Shown here: piece by piece, positions 16,179 through 24,971 of the stretch
How positions within the stretch are numbered: position 1 is the stretch's first letter
Layout: each line of letters starts with the position of its first letter
The notes under the pieces: generated by a model
Told to the model about the DNA's origin: nothing
Database searches by the model: none
The model's input: the letters and a program-made list of their open reading frames with translations, nothing else
DNA from: Terriglobales bacterium
GTDB lineage: Bacteria; Acidobacteriota; Terriglobia; Terriglobales; Acidobacteriaceae
Length of the DNA: 43,623 nt
Reading direction: 5' to 3'
Assembly: GCA_035624475.1 (NCBI GenBank)
Contig: DASPRL010000121.1
Location: forward strand, 1-43,623
Position numbers and translations under genes: made by a program

Positions 16179-17183
16179 GTGAAGGCCCTGCGCAACCTGA
16201 AGCTCGTCCTGGCGGCGCTGCTGCTGCTCACCCTGGTGGGCATGGCCGGCTTCCACTACATCGAAGGCTGGCCCTGGTTCGACGGCCTCTACATGACCGT
16301 CACCACCTTCACCACCATCGGCTACCAGGAGGTCCACCCGCTCAGCCACGCCGGGCGGGTCTTCAACCTCTTCCTGATCTTCGCCGGGGTGGGCCTGCTG
16401 TTCCTCACCATCGGTACCCTCACCCAGGCTTTGTTAGAATTCGAGCTGACCAGCTTCTTCGGCAGGAGACGCATGGAACGCGAGATCGGCCGGCTCTCCG
16501 ACCACTACATCCTCTGCGGCGCCGGGCGGGTAGGCCGCAGCGCCGCCCGCGAGCTCATCCGCCGCCCCGCCCCCTTCGTCATCATCGAGCAGAACGAGGA
16601 CAAGGTCGCGCACGTGGGCGCGGGCGAGTGGCTCACCCTGATCGGCGACGCCACCCAGGAGAGCGTGCTGCGCCAGGCGCAGATCGAGCGCGCGCGTGGC
16701 CTGGTGGCCGCCACCACCACCGACGCGACCAACATTTACATCGTGCTCACCGCTCGCGCCCTGAATCCCAAGCTGCGCATCCTGGCGCGCGCCAGCGAAG
16801 AAGACGCGGAGAAGCACCTGCTCACCGCCGGCGCCGACTCCGTCATCTCCCCCTACACCTTCGCCGGCCACCGCATCGCGCAGAGCTTCCTGCGCCCCAA
16901 CGTGCTCGACTTCCTCGACATCGCCACCGCCCGCAAGGGCAAGCTCGGCCTGGAGATCGAGGAGGTCTTCGTGGAGCGGGCCTCGCGCTTCGCCGGCGCG
17001 ACCATCGAAGGCTCGCGCATCCGCCAGGAGATGGGCGTGATCGTGCTCGCCATCAAGCGCGGCGAAAGCATGCGCTTCAACCCCTCCCCCGAGGACGCCA
17101 TCGAGCAGGGCGACTACCTCATCGTGATGGGCGAGCGCGCCAACCTGGACCGGCTGGAAGAGACGGCCGCCGCCCCGCGATGA
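16179..17183 (+). CDS. 2-TM pore-loop cation channel with cytoplasmic RCK (TrkA-N/TrkA-C) domains, MthK/Kch-like, with an atypical selectivity filter
   Basis: The order is TM1 (LVLAALLLLTLVGMAGF), pore helix plus filter (WFDGLYMTVTTFTTIGYQEV), TM2 (VFNLFLIFAGVGLLFLTIG), a Rossmann RCK-N (ILCGAGRVGRSAAREL) and a TrkA-C-like end (GATIEGSRIRQEMGVIVLAIKRG). The GTG start has no clear RBS. Confidence 0.85.
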   Translation: MKALRNLKLVLAALLLLTLVGMAGFHYIEGWPWFDGLYMTVTTFTTIGYQEVHPLSHAGRVFNLFLIFAGVGLLFLTIGTLTQALLEFELTSFFGRRRMEREIGRLSDHYILCGAGRVGRSAARELIRRPAPFVIIEQNEDKVAHVGAGEWLTLIGDATQESVLRQAQIERARGLVAATTTDATNIYIVLTARALNPKLRILARASEEDAEKHLLTAGADSVISPYTFAGHRIAQSFLRPNVLDFLDIATARKGKLGLEIEEVFVERASRFAGATIEGSRIRQEMGVIVLAIKRGESMRFNPSPEDAIEQGDYLIVMGERANLDRLEETAAAPR

Positions 17184-18805
17184 AGATCGTCACTGCCGAC
17201 GAGATGCGCTCGATCGATCGCCTCACCAGCGAGCGCTTCGGCGTGCCCTCGCTCACCCTGATGGAGAACGCCGGCTCCGCCGTGGCCGCGTTCGTCCTCG
17301 AGGGGTATCCGGGTGCGAAGACCATCGGCGTGATCTGCGGCAAAGGCAACAACGGCGGCGACGGCTTCGTCTGTGCCCGCCGCCTGCGCGCGGCCGGGAA
17401 GAAGGTCTCAGTCCTGCTGCTGGCCGCGCCCGCAGAACTGCGCGGCGACGCTGCCGCCATGTTCAAGAAGATGGGCATCAAGCCGGTGGCGGCACGCGAG
17501 GAGAAGCACCTGGCGGCTCCGGCCGCGCAGCGCGTCTTCGGCTGCGACCTCCTGGTGGATGCCCTGCTGGGCACCGGCTTCCAGCCGCCGGTCAAAGGCC
17601 TGTACGCCGAGGCCGTCCGGCGGATGTGGGAGTGCGCGCGCGACGGCCGGCACGTGGTCGCGGTGGACATCCCTTCGGGAGCCGACGCCGATCTGCGCAC
17701 TCCGGTGGACAGGCAGGGGCCGGTCGCTCCCGCCGAGGCCACGGTCAGCTTCACCGCGCCCCGCCCCGCGCACGTCTTCGGTTCCCTGGGCGAGGAGAGT
17801 GCGGTCGCGGTCTCGCCCATCGGCTCGCCTCCCGAGGCGATCGAGTCGGAGCTGGATCTCGAGGTCATCACCCCCCAGGACATCGCGGGGGCGGTCGCTC
17901 CGCGCTCTCCCCAGGCCCACAAGGGCGATTTCGGCCACGTGCTGGTGATCGGCGGCTCGCTGGGCAAAGCGGGGGCGGCGGCCATGGCCGGCATGGCGGC
18001 GCTGCGCGCGGGCGCCGGCCTGGTCACGGTCGCCACACCCAAGTCCGTCCTGCCCACGGTCGCCGGCTTCGCGCCGGAGATCATGACCGAGCCCCTGGAC
18101 GAGACAGATGCAGGTACGATCTCGCTGCGCGCCCTGGAGTACGGCCGCATGGACGGGCTCATTCAGGGGAAGGACGTGCTGGCCATCGGCCCCGGCATCT
18201 CGCGCCACCCCGAGACCGCGCAGTTGGTGCGCACCGTCGTGACCCAGGCGGAGCTGCCGGTGGTACTCGATGCCGACGGTCTCAACGCCTTTGAGAAGCA
18301 CCCCGAGGAGCTGGATGGCCGCAACCGTACTCTGGTGCTCACTCCCCATCCCGGCGAGATGGCGCGGCTGGCGGGTATCTCCACCGAGCAGGTGCAGCGG
18401 GACCGCCTGGGCGTGGCCCGCCGCTTCGCGCAAGGGCACCATTGCATAGTCGTGCTGAAGGGACATCGCACCATCGTCGCTTTTCCCGACGGCCGCGCCT
18501 GGATCAATCCCACCGGCAATCCTGGCATGGCGACCGGCGGCACCGGCGACATCCTGACCGGCCTGATCGCCGGGCTCGTTCCCCAGGGAGGCAAAGCGGC
18601 GCCGGCGCTACCTGCCCTCGCCGGCGTCTACCTGCACGGCCTGGCCGGCGACCTGGCGGCGGAGCGCCTGGGCCAGCACTCGCTGGTCGCCTCCTCGCTG
18701 CTCAAGTTCCTGCCCGATGCCTTCCTGCTCGCGCGCCGGCTGGCGCGGTCGAAGTTCGCCTGGGTCCAGCTCGGCGCCCAACCCAGCCGCCTGCTCGCGC
18801 GATGA
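17180..18805 (+). CDS. nnr: Bifunctional NAD(P)H-hydrate repair enzyme (epimerase + ADP-dependent dehydratase)
   Basis: It has an N-terminal YjeF_N domain (MENAGSAVA, CGKGNNGGDGF) and a C-terminal carbohydrate-kinase-like domain (HKGDFGHVLVIGGS, GNPGMATGGTGDILTG). ATG 17180 overlaps the upstream stop. The track start at 16157 is a spurious extension. Confidence 0.9.
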   Translation: MKIVTADEMRSIDRLTSERFGVPSLTLMENAGSAVAAFVLEGYPGAKTIGVICGKGNNGGDGFVCARRLRAAGKKVSVLLLAAPAELRGDAAAMFKKMGIKPVAAREEKHLAAPAAQRVFGCDLLVDALLGTGFQPPVKGLYAEAVRRMWECARDGRHVVAVDIPSGADADLRTPVDRQGPVAPAEATVSFTAPRPAHVFGSLGEESAVAVSPIGSPPEAIESELDLEVITPQDIAGAVAPRSPQAHKGDFGHVLVIGGSLGKAGAAAMAGMAALRAGAGLVTVATPKSVLPTVAGFAPEIMTEPLDETDAGTISLRALEYGRMDGLIQGKDVLAIGPGISRHPETAQLVRTVVTQAELPVVLDADGLNAFEKHPEELDGRNRTLVLTPHPGEMARLAGISTEQVQRDRLGVARRFAQGHHCIVVLKGHRTIVAFPDGRAWINPTGNPGMATGGTGDILTGLIAGLVPQGGKAAPALPALAGVYLHGLAGDLAAERLGQHSLVASSLLKFLPDAFLLARRLARSKFAWVQLGAQPSRLLAR

Positions 18806-19275
18806 AGAAGGAATTCAGCACGCACTCCGCCGAGGAGACGGTCGCGCTGGGGCGCCGTCTGGCCGCGGACCTCCAGCCGCCGCGACTGGTCCTGCTGCGC
18901 GGTGAGTTGGGGGCAGGGAAGACCACGCTCATCAAGGGCATCGCCGAGGGCTTCGACGCCGCCCGCCAGGACCAGGTCACCAGCCCCACCTTCACCCTGG
19001 TGCACGAGTACCGCTCGCCCCGGGTGAACGTCTATCACGTGGATCTCTACCGCGTGGACACGCCGCGCGAGCTGGAGACTCTTGGGCTGGACGATCTCTT
19101 CGCCGACAACGCCGTCCTGCTCATCGAGTGGGGAGAGAAGTTCGAGCGCTTCCGCCGCGAGCGCGATGTCGAGATCGCCCTGGAGCGCACCGGCGAGAAC
19201 GAAAGAAAGATCGTCTTCACCGCCGAGCACGCAGGGAACGCAGAGACGATAAGATCAAAACAGAAGAAGCATTGA
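18802..19275 (+). CDS. tsaE: tRNA threonylcarbamoyladenosine (t6A) biosynthesis ATPase TsaE
   Basis: It has a Walker A motif (LRGELGAGKTTLIKG), SPTFTLVHEY and HVDLYR. ATG 18802 overlaps the nnr stop (ATGA). The last ~15 codons lie in one arm of a long inverted repeat. Confidence 0.85.
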   Translation: MKKEFSTHSAEETVALGRRLAADLQPPRLVLLRGELGAGKTTLIKGIAEGFDAARQDQVTSPTFTLVHEYRSPRVNVYHVDLYRVDTPRELETLGLDDLFADNAVLLIEWGEKFERFRRERDVEIALERTGENERKIVFTAEHAGNAETIRSKQKKH

Positions 19276-19300
19276 GTCTCTCGTTCTCTGCGTTCCCTGC
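19231..19300. repeat. Long inverted repeat spanning the tsaE stop codon
   Basis: GCAGGGAACGCAGAG (19231-19245) is perfectly complementary to CTCTGCGTTCCCTGC (19286-19300). It extends to 19 bp with one bulge (..ACGA / TCGTT..). The 40-nt A-rich loop contains the tsaE TGA (19273-19275). Confidence 0.9.
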
Positions 19301-19342
19301 GACCTCTGCGGTGAAATCATTCGCTTGGATTGGGAGGGAGCT

Positions 19343-19654
19343 ATGCGATCGAAGGACCGGCTGGAGGATGAGGAACTGGAAGCCATCGCGGAGCGGCTGC
19401 TGCGCGCTCCCGACGCTCCCTGGCACGCGCAGCGCCAGGCGGCCGGCACCCAGGCCGTGGTGATCCGCGCGCGCGGGGGCGTGGACGTCTGCACCCTCGC
19501 CGCCGAAGGCGGGCGGTTGAGCGGCGCCGAGGCCGCGGCCGCCGCCGACTTCATCGCCCACGCTCCCGGCGACATCGACCGCCTGCTGCGCGAACGCAAA
19601 CTCCTGCTGCACAAGATCCGGTACCTGAATGCGGCGCTGGGAAGCAAGAGGTAG
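19343..19654 (+). CDS. Hypothetical small protein (103 aa)
   Basis: ATG 19343 lies 5 nt after GGAGG (19333-19337) and the frame is GC3-rich. I recognise no family. The TTG 19325 start in the track is less likely. Confidence 0.45.
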   Translation: MRSKDRLEDEELEAIAERLLRAPDAPWHAQRQAAGTQAVVIRARGGVDVCTLAAEGGRLSGAEAAAAADFIAHAPGDIDRLLRERKLLLHKIRYLNAALGSKR

Positions 19655-19668
19655 CTGGGATTGATTCA

Positions 19669-19738
19669 TTGACGATTGAACCGCAACGGCTGCCGACCGC
19701 CTTCCAATCGTCAAGGTCTCAATCGTCAATCGTCAATG
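19669..19738. repeat. Inverted repeat plus CAATCGT heptamer repeats between convergent genes
   Basis: TTGACGATTG (19669-19678) is complementary to CAATCGTCAA (19705-19714). CAATCGT recurs at 19705, 19720 and 19727, the last two in tandem, ending at the fabI stop (19740-19742). Confidence 0.9.
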
Positions 19739-19739
19739 T

Positions 19740-20510
19740 TCAGAACCCCATGATGTTGTAGCCGCAGTCGACGTAGACGACCTCGCCGGTGATGCCGCTG
19801 GCCGCGTCCGAGGCCAGGAAGACCGCGGTCTTGCCCACCTCGTCCACCTCCACGTTGCGCTGCAGGGGAGCGCGCTCGACGTGTCCCTTCAGCATGTCGC
19901 CGAAACCGGAGATGCCGCGCGCGGCCAGCGTCTTGATGGGCCCGGCGGAGATGGCGTTCACCCGGATCTTGCGCTTGCCCAGGTCGAAGGCCAGGTAGCG
20001 CACCGAAGCCTCCAGCGCCGCCTTGGCCACCCCCATCACGTTGTAGCGTGGCACCACCTTCTCCGCGCCGTAGTAGGTCAGGGTGAGGATGGAGCCGCCG
20101 TCGGTCATCAGCGGCGCCGCCGCCCGCGCCAGCGCTACCAGCGAGTACACGCTGACGTCGTGGGCGACGCGGAAGCCCTCGCGGCTGGTAGCCAGGAACT
20201 CGCCCGCGAGCTCGGCCGCGGGCGCGAAGGCGATGCTGTGCACCAGCGCGTCCAGCTTGCCGTAGCGCTCCTGGAGCTGGGCGAAGAGGCGGTCGATCTC
20301 CTCGTCGCGGGAGACGTCGCACATGAAGGCCTCGGCCCCGGGCAGGGCGGTGATCAGGTCCTTGGCCTCCTGCTCCAGCCGCTGGTTCTGGTAGGTGATG
20401 GCCAGGCGCGCGCCCGCCTGCTGCATCTGCTGGGCGATGGCCCAGGCGATGCTGCGCTTGTTGGCCACTCCGAAGACCACCGCCGTCTTGCCTTCCAGGC
20501 TGCCTGCCAT
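19740..20510 (-). CDS. fabI: Enoyl-[acyl-carrier-protein] reductase (NADH), FabI
   Basis: MAGSLEGKTAVVFGVANKRSIAW, the Y..M..AK catalytic context (YNVMGVAKAALE), RVNAISAGPIKTLAA and GEVVYVDCGYNIMG fit a classical FabI. Confidence 0.95.
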   Translation of the reverse strand: MAGSLEGKTAVVFGVANKRSIAWAIAQQMQQAGARLAITYQNQRLEQEAKDLITALPGAEAFMCDVSRDEEIDRLFAQLQERYGKLDALVHSIAFAPAAELAGEFLATSREGFRVAHDVSVYSLVALARAAAPLMTDGGSILTLTYYGAEKVVPRYNVMGVAKAALEASVRYLAFDLGKRKIRVNAISAGPIKTLAARGISGFGDMLKGHVERAPLQRNVEVDEVGKTAVFLASDAASGITGEVVYVDCGYNIMGF

Positions 20511-20591
20511 GCGGGTTCCTTCCTTCAGGCTGGGGATTGTGAGACGGGAAAGGATAGCAGGGGGTGCGCGTGGCTGTCTTGCGAGGGAGAG

Positions 20592-21848
20592 CTAGCCCAC
20601 CGCTTCCGTCTCCGCTGCCGCCGCCGGATGCGACACCGGCCACACCGCGGTCAGGCAGGCGATGAAGTACAACCCGCCCACCAGGGCGAAGCCCAGGCCC
20701 AGTCCGATGTGCTGCGAGGCCACCCCCACCACCAGCCCCATCACCACCTGGATGAAGGTGCCGAAGAAGTAGAAGGTATTCTGCACCCGCCCCATGAAGT
20801 GCTTGGGCACGAGTTCCATCATGGTGGTGGAGATGGAGATGCCGGCGATGCCGCGGGCTGTCCCCATCAGCCCGTAGACGCCCACCGCGAGTGCCAGCCA
20901 GCGCGAGTAGGGCAGCAGGAAGAGGCTGGCGGCCAGCAGTCCCATGGAGAGGCCCAGAGCTGGGCGCGCCTTCAGCGCGCGGATCACCGCCGGCGCATAC
21001 CAGGCGCTCAGGAAGGCGCCCACACCCCAGCCTCCATTGAGCCAGCCGTAGCCCACCGCGCCGCCGTGGAAGACGAGGTCGCTCAGCGGCGCGGTCAGCA
21101 CGCCCTGGGTGAGCATGGCGCCCAGGAAGAGTGCCCAGCTCGTCCCCAGCAGCACCACGTAGGGCTTGGAGCGCAGGTAGCGCAGGCCTTCGTGCAGTTC
21201 CAGCCAGTAGCGCTGGAAGGCGCCCTCCGCGTCCTTCAATTCGGCGGTGATCTCGTGCGGCCTCTGGACTACTTGCTTGCCCTTGCGCACGGCGAAGTAA
21301 CAGAGGAACGAGACCACGTAGGTGGCGCAGTCGATGAGCAGCACCCCGCCCAGCCCGATATGGTTGTAGACGAAGCCCACCAGCGCGCCTGCCATCAGCC
21401 AGCCGCCCTGCACCCCCGCCAGCAGGAAGGTGTTGGCGTGGACGAACTGCGCCTCCGGGGTCAGTTCCTGGATGAGCGCCGTGATGGTGGGCCAGAACAT
21501 CCAGAAGCCGGCCGCCACCAGGATGTTCATCAGGTAGAGCATCCAGAGCTGCGCCTGGTGGCGCAGCACCAGCACCGCCACGGTCACGATGACCAGGGCG
21601 CGGGCCGCGTCCAGCATCATCACCAGATAGCGCCGGTCCTGCCTGTCGATAATCACGCCGGTGAAGGGCAGCATCAACATGGCGGGGATGGTCTGCAGCA
21701 CCACCAGCAGGCCCAGGGCGGTTTCCGAGTGGGTGGCCTGGAGGATGTACCAGGTCACCGCGGCGGAGTTCATGCCGCTGCCCAGCATGGAGATCACGTT
21801 GGCGCCGAAGATGAAGCGCAGCCCGGGCTGCCGCAGGATGCTTTTCAT
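20592..21848 (-). CDS. MFS transporter
   Basis: There are about 12 TM helices and an MFS-like loop motif (GVIIDRQDRRYLV). ATG 21848 with GGAGGA just upstream is preferred; GTG 21860 in the track would contain the RBS. Confidence 0.85.
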   Translation of the reverse strand: MKSILRQPGLRFIFGANVISMLGSGMNSAAVTWYILQATHSETALGLLVVLQTIPAMLMLPFTGVIIDRQDRRYLVMMLDAARALVIVTVAVLVLRHQAQLWMLYLMNILVAAGFWMFWPTITALIQELTPEAQFVHANTFLLAGVQGGWLMAGALVGFVYNHIGLGGVLLIDCATYVVSFLCYFAVRKGKQVVQRPHEITAELKDAEGAFQRYWLELHEGLRYLRSKPYVVLLGTSWALFLGAMLTQGVLTAPLSDLVFHGGAVGYGWLNGGWGVGAFLSAWYAPAVIRALKARPALGLSMGLLAASLFLLPYSRWLALAVGVYGLMGTARGIAGISISTTMMELVPKHFMGRVQNTFYFFGTFIQVVMGLVVGVASQHIGLGLGFALVGGLYFIACLTAVWPVSHPAAAAETEAVG

Positions 21849-21976
21849 CAGTCCTCCCACTGTAACTGCGGAAGAGGAATTGCGCTACCCTGTGGGACAG
21901 ACACTTTGGTGTGGAAAACCGGGCGGCCGCCGCGGGAGCTTCGACCGTATAATCCACCTCAGGTGCTCCCCCGGGG

Positions 21977-22675
21977 GTGATCCCGCTGCGCCTTCCTTGG
22001 AGACGCGTAGGGCAGACCGCGGGCTGGGCCGCGCTGGTCTTCCTGGCGCTGGCCGCGGCCGGGCAGAGGCCGCACCCGACGGCCCGTCTCGCCTCCGTTC
22101 CCGGCCCCGCCTCGCCGCGCCTGCCGGTGACCTCGGCTTCCTTCGAGGGCAAGAGCGTCGATCTCACCGTGACGCCCGCCGCCGACCTCGGGCGTGCTGC
22201 GTTGGTGGGGCCCTGGGACTTCGGCGAGCGTGTCTCCGATCCCAAGCCCCGCGACAAGCGCCTTAACCTCTACCTGGTCTGCCCCGGCCGCCAGCACCAC
22301 GCCGAGGGCTGGGAAGACTACGACCACAACCTCGTCGTCAACGCCCTTTCCCCGGAGGGCCAGAGCGGGGAGTGGGACGTCTATTACGCCATCGTGCTCG
22401 ACCCGGCGCTGCGCGAGGATCTGCGGCGCGAGCGCCAGCTCCTGCTGGCCGCCCAATCGCGCTTCGTGCCCGGCGACCTCTACGAACTGGACGACGCTCC
22501 CGGCGCCGCCTTCCTGCGCCTCTTCCTCCACGCCGAGACCCTGGAGGACCTGGCGCCCTACCGCCGCCGCGACGGCTCGCTGCCCCGCCTGATCCTGGTA
22601 CGCGCCGGCTTCGCCGTGCGCGCGACGGCAGTCTCGCCCGAACCGCCTCCGACCCCGACGCCGTCTCCCAAGTAG
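21977..22675 (+). CDS. Hypothetical exported protein (232 aa)
   Basis: The GTG start is followed by a hydrophobic N-terminal segment (WAALVFLALAAAG). The frame is GC3-rich and the C-terminus is Pro/Thr-rich. I recognise no family. Confidence 0.55.
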   Translation: MIPLRLPWRRVGQTAGWAALVFLALAAAGQRPHPTARLASVPGPASPRLPVTSASFEGKSVDLTVTPAADLGRAALVGPWDFGERVSDPKPRDKRLNLYLVCPGRQHHAEGWEDYDHNLVVNALSPEGQSGEWDVYYAIVLDPALREDLRRERQLLLAAQSRFVPGDLYELDDAPGAAFLRLFLHAETLEDLAPYRRRDGSLPRLILVRAGFAVRATAVSPEPPPTPTPSPK

Positions 22676-22744
22676 TTCCCCGCGTTGCATCCGCCGCGCA
22701 TCGGCGCTAGCATGCCCTCGTCGTCCCATTCTGCGGAGGCACTT

Positions 22745-23866
22745 ATGAGGATCCGCTGCTGCGTGCTGTTCCTGCTGCTTGTCCTGCAGCCGCTGCTCCA
22801 CGCCCAGGTCACCTCCATCCTGATCCCGGCGGGAACGCCCGAGGACAAGGCCATCCAGGCCATCACCGCGGAGGCCGACGCGCAGAAAAAGACCGCGCTG
22901 CTGCAACAGATGGCCAAGGACTTCGCCTCCAATCCCAACGCCGTGGCCTATGCCTGTTCCCAGCTGGCGCAACAGGCGACGGCGGCCGGTGACGCCGCCC
23001 AGGCGCTCACCTACCTGGACCAGGCGGTGGCCGCCCAGCCCGACAACCTCGATCTGCTGGTGCTGCGGGTGCAGGCCGCCGTGCAGCTCAAGCAGAACGC
23101 CAAGGCGGTGGACAGCGCCGTGCAAGGCGGCACCGCCTACCTGGGCATCGGCAAGGAGGCCAAACCCGCGGGCATGAGCGACGAGGACTTCGCCCGCCAC
23201 TCCGAGGAAGCCCGCGCCGCCAACAAGAACTCCTACGACTTTCTGGAGAACTCCGCCTACGCCGCCATCTCCGCCGAGAGCGACGCCAAGCTGCGCCTGG
23301 ACGAGATCGAGCGCTTCAACGCCGCCTTCCCCAAGTCGGCCTACAAGCCGGCGCTCTCCCAGTTGGCCCTCTACGCCCTCCAGCAGGAGGGCAACTGGGA
23401 CAAGCTCTACGACTTCGGGGAGAAGTTGGTGGCCTCCGACCCGGACAACTTCACCACCCTGGCGCTGCTGGCCAGCGCCTACTCCGAGGACCCCAAGAAC
23501 GCGCACCTGGACAAGGTGATGGAGTACGGCCAGAAAGCAGTGACGCTGGCCAAGCCCGACGATCCCGCCGCCGATCAGCCGCACAAGCTCTCCGCCGGCC
23601 TGGCCTACTCCGCCATGGGCTACGCCCTGATGAAGGAGCGCAAGACCGCCCAGGCGGCCGTGGACCTGAAGAAGGCCGCCGACCTGCTGGAGAGCAACCC
23701 CGACGCCTGCGCTCCCGTGCTCTACCGCCTGGGCAACGCCTACGCCATGCTGCGGCGCTACGCCGAGGCGCGCGCCGTGCTCACCAAGGCTGCCGCCATT
23801 CCCGGTCCGGTGCAGCAGCCCGCGCGCGTCCTGCTGGAGCAGGTGAAGGAGAAGATGGGGAAGTAG
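22745..23866 (+). CDS. Secreted TPR-like helical repeat protein
   Basis: ATG 22745 lies 5 nt after GGAGG. It has a signal peptide (MRIRCCVLFLLLVLQPLLHA) and repeated amphipathic helix pairs with TPR-like A/Y/L spacing (e.g. VLYRLGNAYAMLRRYAEARAVLTKA). Confidence 0.7.
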   Translation: MRIRCCVLFLLLVLQPLLHAQVTSILIPAGTPEDKAIQAITAEADAQKKTALLQQMAKDFASNPNAVAYACSQLAQQATAAGDAAQALTYLDQAVAAQPDNLDLLVLRVQAAVQLKQNAKAVDSAVQGGTAYLGIGKEAKPAGMSDEDFARHSEEARAANKNSYDFLENSAYAAISAESDAKLRLDEIERFNAAFPKSAYKPALSQLALYALQQEGNWDKLYDFGEKLVASDPDNFTTLALLASAYSEDPKNAHLDKVMEYGQKAVTLAKPDDPAADQPHKLSAGLAYSAMGYALMKERKTAQAAVDLKKAADLLESNPDACAPVLYRLGNAYAMLRRYAEARAVLTKAAAIPGPVQQPARVLLEQVKEKMGK

Positions 23867-23888
23867 GACCGCGTCCCCGCCTCCGGAG

Positions 23889-24914
23889 CTAAGAAGGGCT
23901 GCCCACTCCTTTGGCGCGCGCCTTGCGCTCCTCCACCGCGGCCACCACTTGGCGGTAGTCCTTCACCCAGAGCTTTTGCAGGTCGGCGCCGTAGCCGGCG
24001 ATGGCCCAGGGCGCCCGCCGTACCAGCTCCTGCAGCAGGGCGTCGCCGGCGGTCTGGTTGCGCCCCATCTCGATCAGGAAGGTGGTCTTGCTTCGGTCCC
24101 AGAGTACGACCGAGTAGGTCTTGCCGGTGGGCACGAAGTTCACCCGGTGCTGCGTGACCTTCTTGTAGAACCAGACCAGGTCCTGCAGGCGCAGCAGCTT
24201 CAGCGAGAAGGTGCCGGGACCCAGCAGCCAGGAGGGCGTGAGGACGGCCGACGACCCGAACTTCAGCGCTTGTCCCGAGTTCATCTCCTGGTCGATGTTG
24301 GCGGCCAGGTCCATTCCGGGGCCCAGCGTCTGCAGGCGAAGGGCTATGGGGTGGCGGGCGGGGTCCGAGGAATAGCCGGTGCGCAGGATCATGGCCGCGA
24401 TCACGGCCAACAGCAGGCCGAAGCCAAGGCCCACAAAGCCGGCGGTGCGGAAGCTGTCGCTGGCATCGAGCATGACCGGCAGGAACGATCCTTGCAGGCC
24501 CTCCTGGCTGGCCTCGCTGGGCGCCACGATCTTGCTGCGCACCTCCTCCGGGATGGTGGTCAGTTCGCCGGTGAACTTCTTCTGTTCGTTGAGCGGCGCC
24601 TTCACCAGCAGGAAGCGATGCCCAACCACCACCGCCACAAACCGGGCTTTCGTCTGCCCGTCCTCCTCTTCGGAGCCGCCGGTGTTGATGGGCTCGCCGG
24701 CCGGGATGGTCACGAAGTACTGCCTCAGGGTGCCGGGATCGTTCACCGTGAGCAACTGGAAAGGATCGGTGGGGAACGGCCCGCGGAAGAAGTTGTAGAG
24801 ATAGCGCCAGCTCGCGGCGGTCGCCAGCAACAGGACCGCCATGGTGACCGCGAAGAACGCCAGGGAGTTGCGGTTGCAGCGCCGGATCTGCTGTGCGATG
24901 TAGCCGTCTTCCAT
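23889..24914 (-). CDS. Hypothetical 2-TM membrane protein (341 aa)
   Basis: TM helices lie at LAFFAVTMAVLLLATAASW and FVGLGFGLLLAVIAAMIL, with a ~130-aa loop between them and a ~150-aa C-terminal soluble domain. GAGGTG lies upstream of the ATG. It is the last gene of the minus-strand RtcB cluster. Confidence 0.6.
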   Translation of the reverse strand: MEDGYIAQQIRRCNRNSLAFFAVTMAVLLLATAASWRYLYNFFRGPFPTDPFQLLTVNDPGTLRQYFVTIPAGEPINTGGSEEEDGQTKARFVAVVVGHRFLLVKAPLNEQKKFTGELTTIPEEVRSKIVAPSEASQEGLQGSFLPVMLDASDSFRTAGFVGLGFGLLLAVIAAMILRTGYSSDPARHPIALRLQTLGPGMDLAANIDQEMNSGQALKFGSSAVLTPSWLLGPGTFSLKLLRLQDLVWFYKKVTQHRVNFVPTGKTYSVVLWDRSKTTFLIEMGRNQTAGDALLQELVRRAPWAIAGYGADLQKLWVKDYRQVVAAVEERKARAKGVGSPS

Positions 24915-24971
24915 CAGGCACCTCGGGCGGGGCAGGGAGAACGTTACCGCAGGAGGGAGGAGGGCGGAATC

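Noticed and set aside
12825-16349. Long minus-strand ORFs (12825-14279 and 14508-16349) and plus off-frame ORF 14990-16060 over the permease genes
   Set aside because: The translations are dominated by Gly, Asp, His, Arg and Pro with no TM or domain pattern. The two APC permeases in the plus frames have coherent TM architecture and RBSs.
19726-22257. 843-aa minus ORF and 699-aa plus ORF (19881-21980) spanning fabI and the MFS gene
   Set aside because: These are off-frame read-throughs with Arg/Gly/Pro-rich low complexity. FabI and the MFS transporter occupy the real frame.
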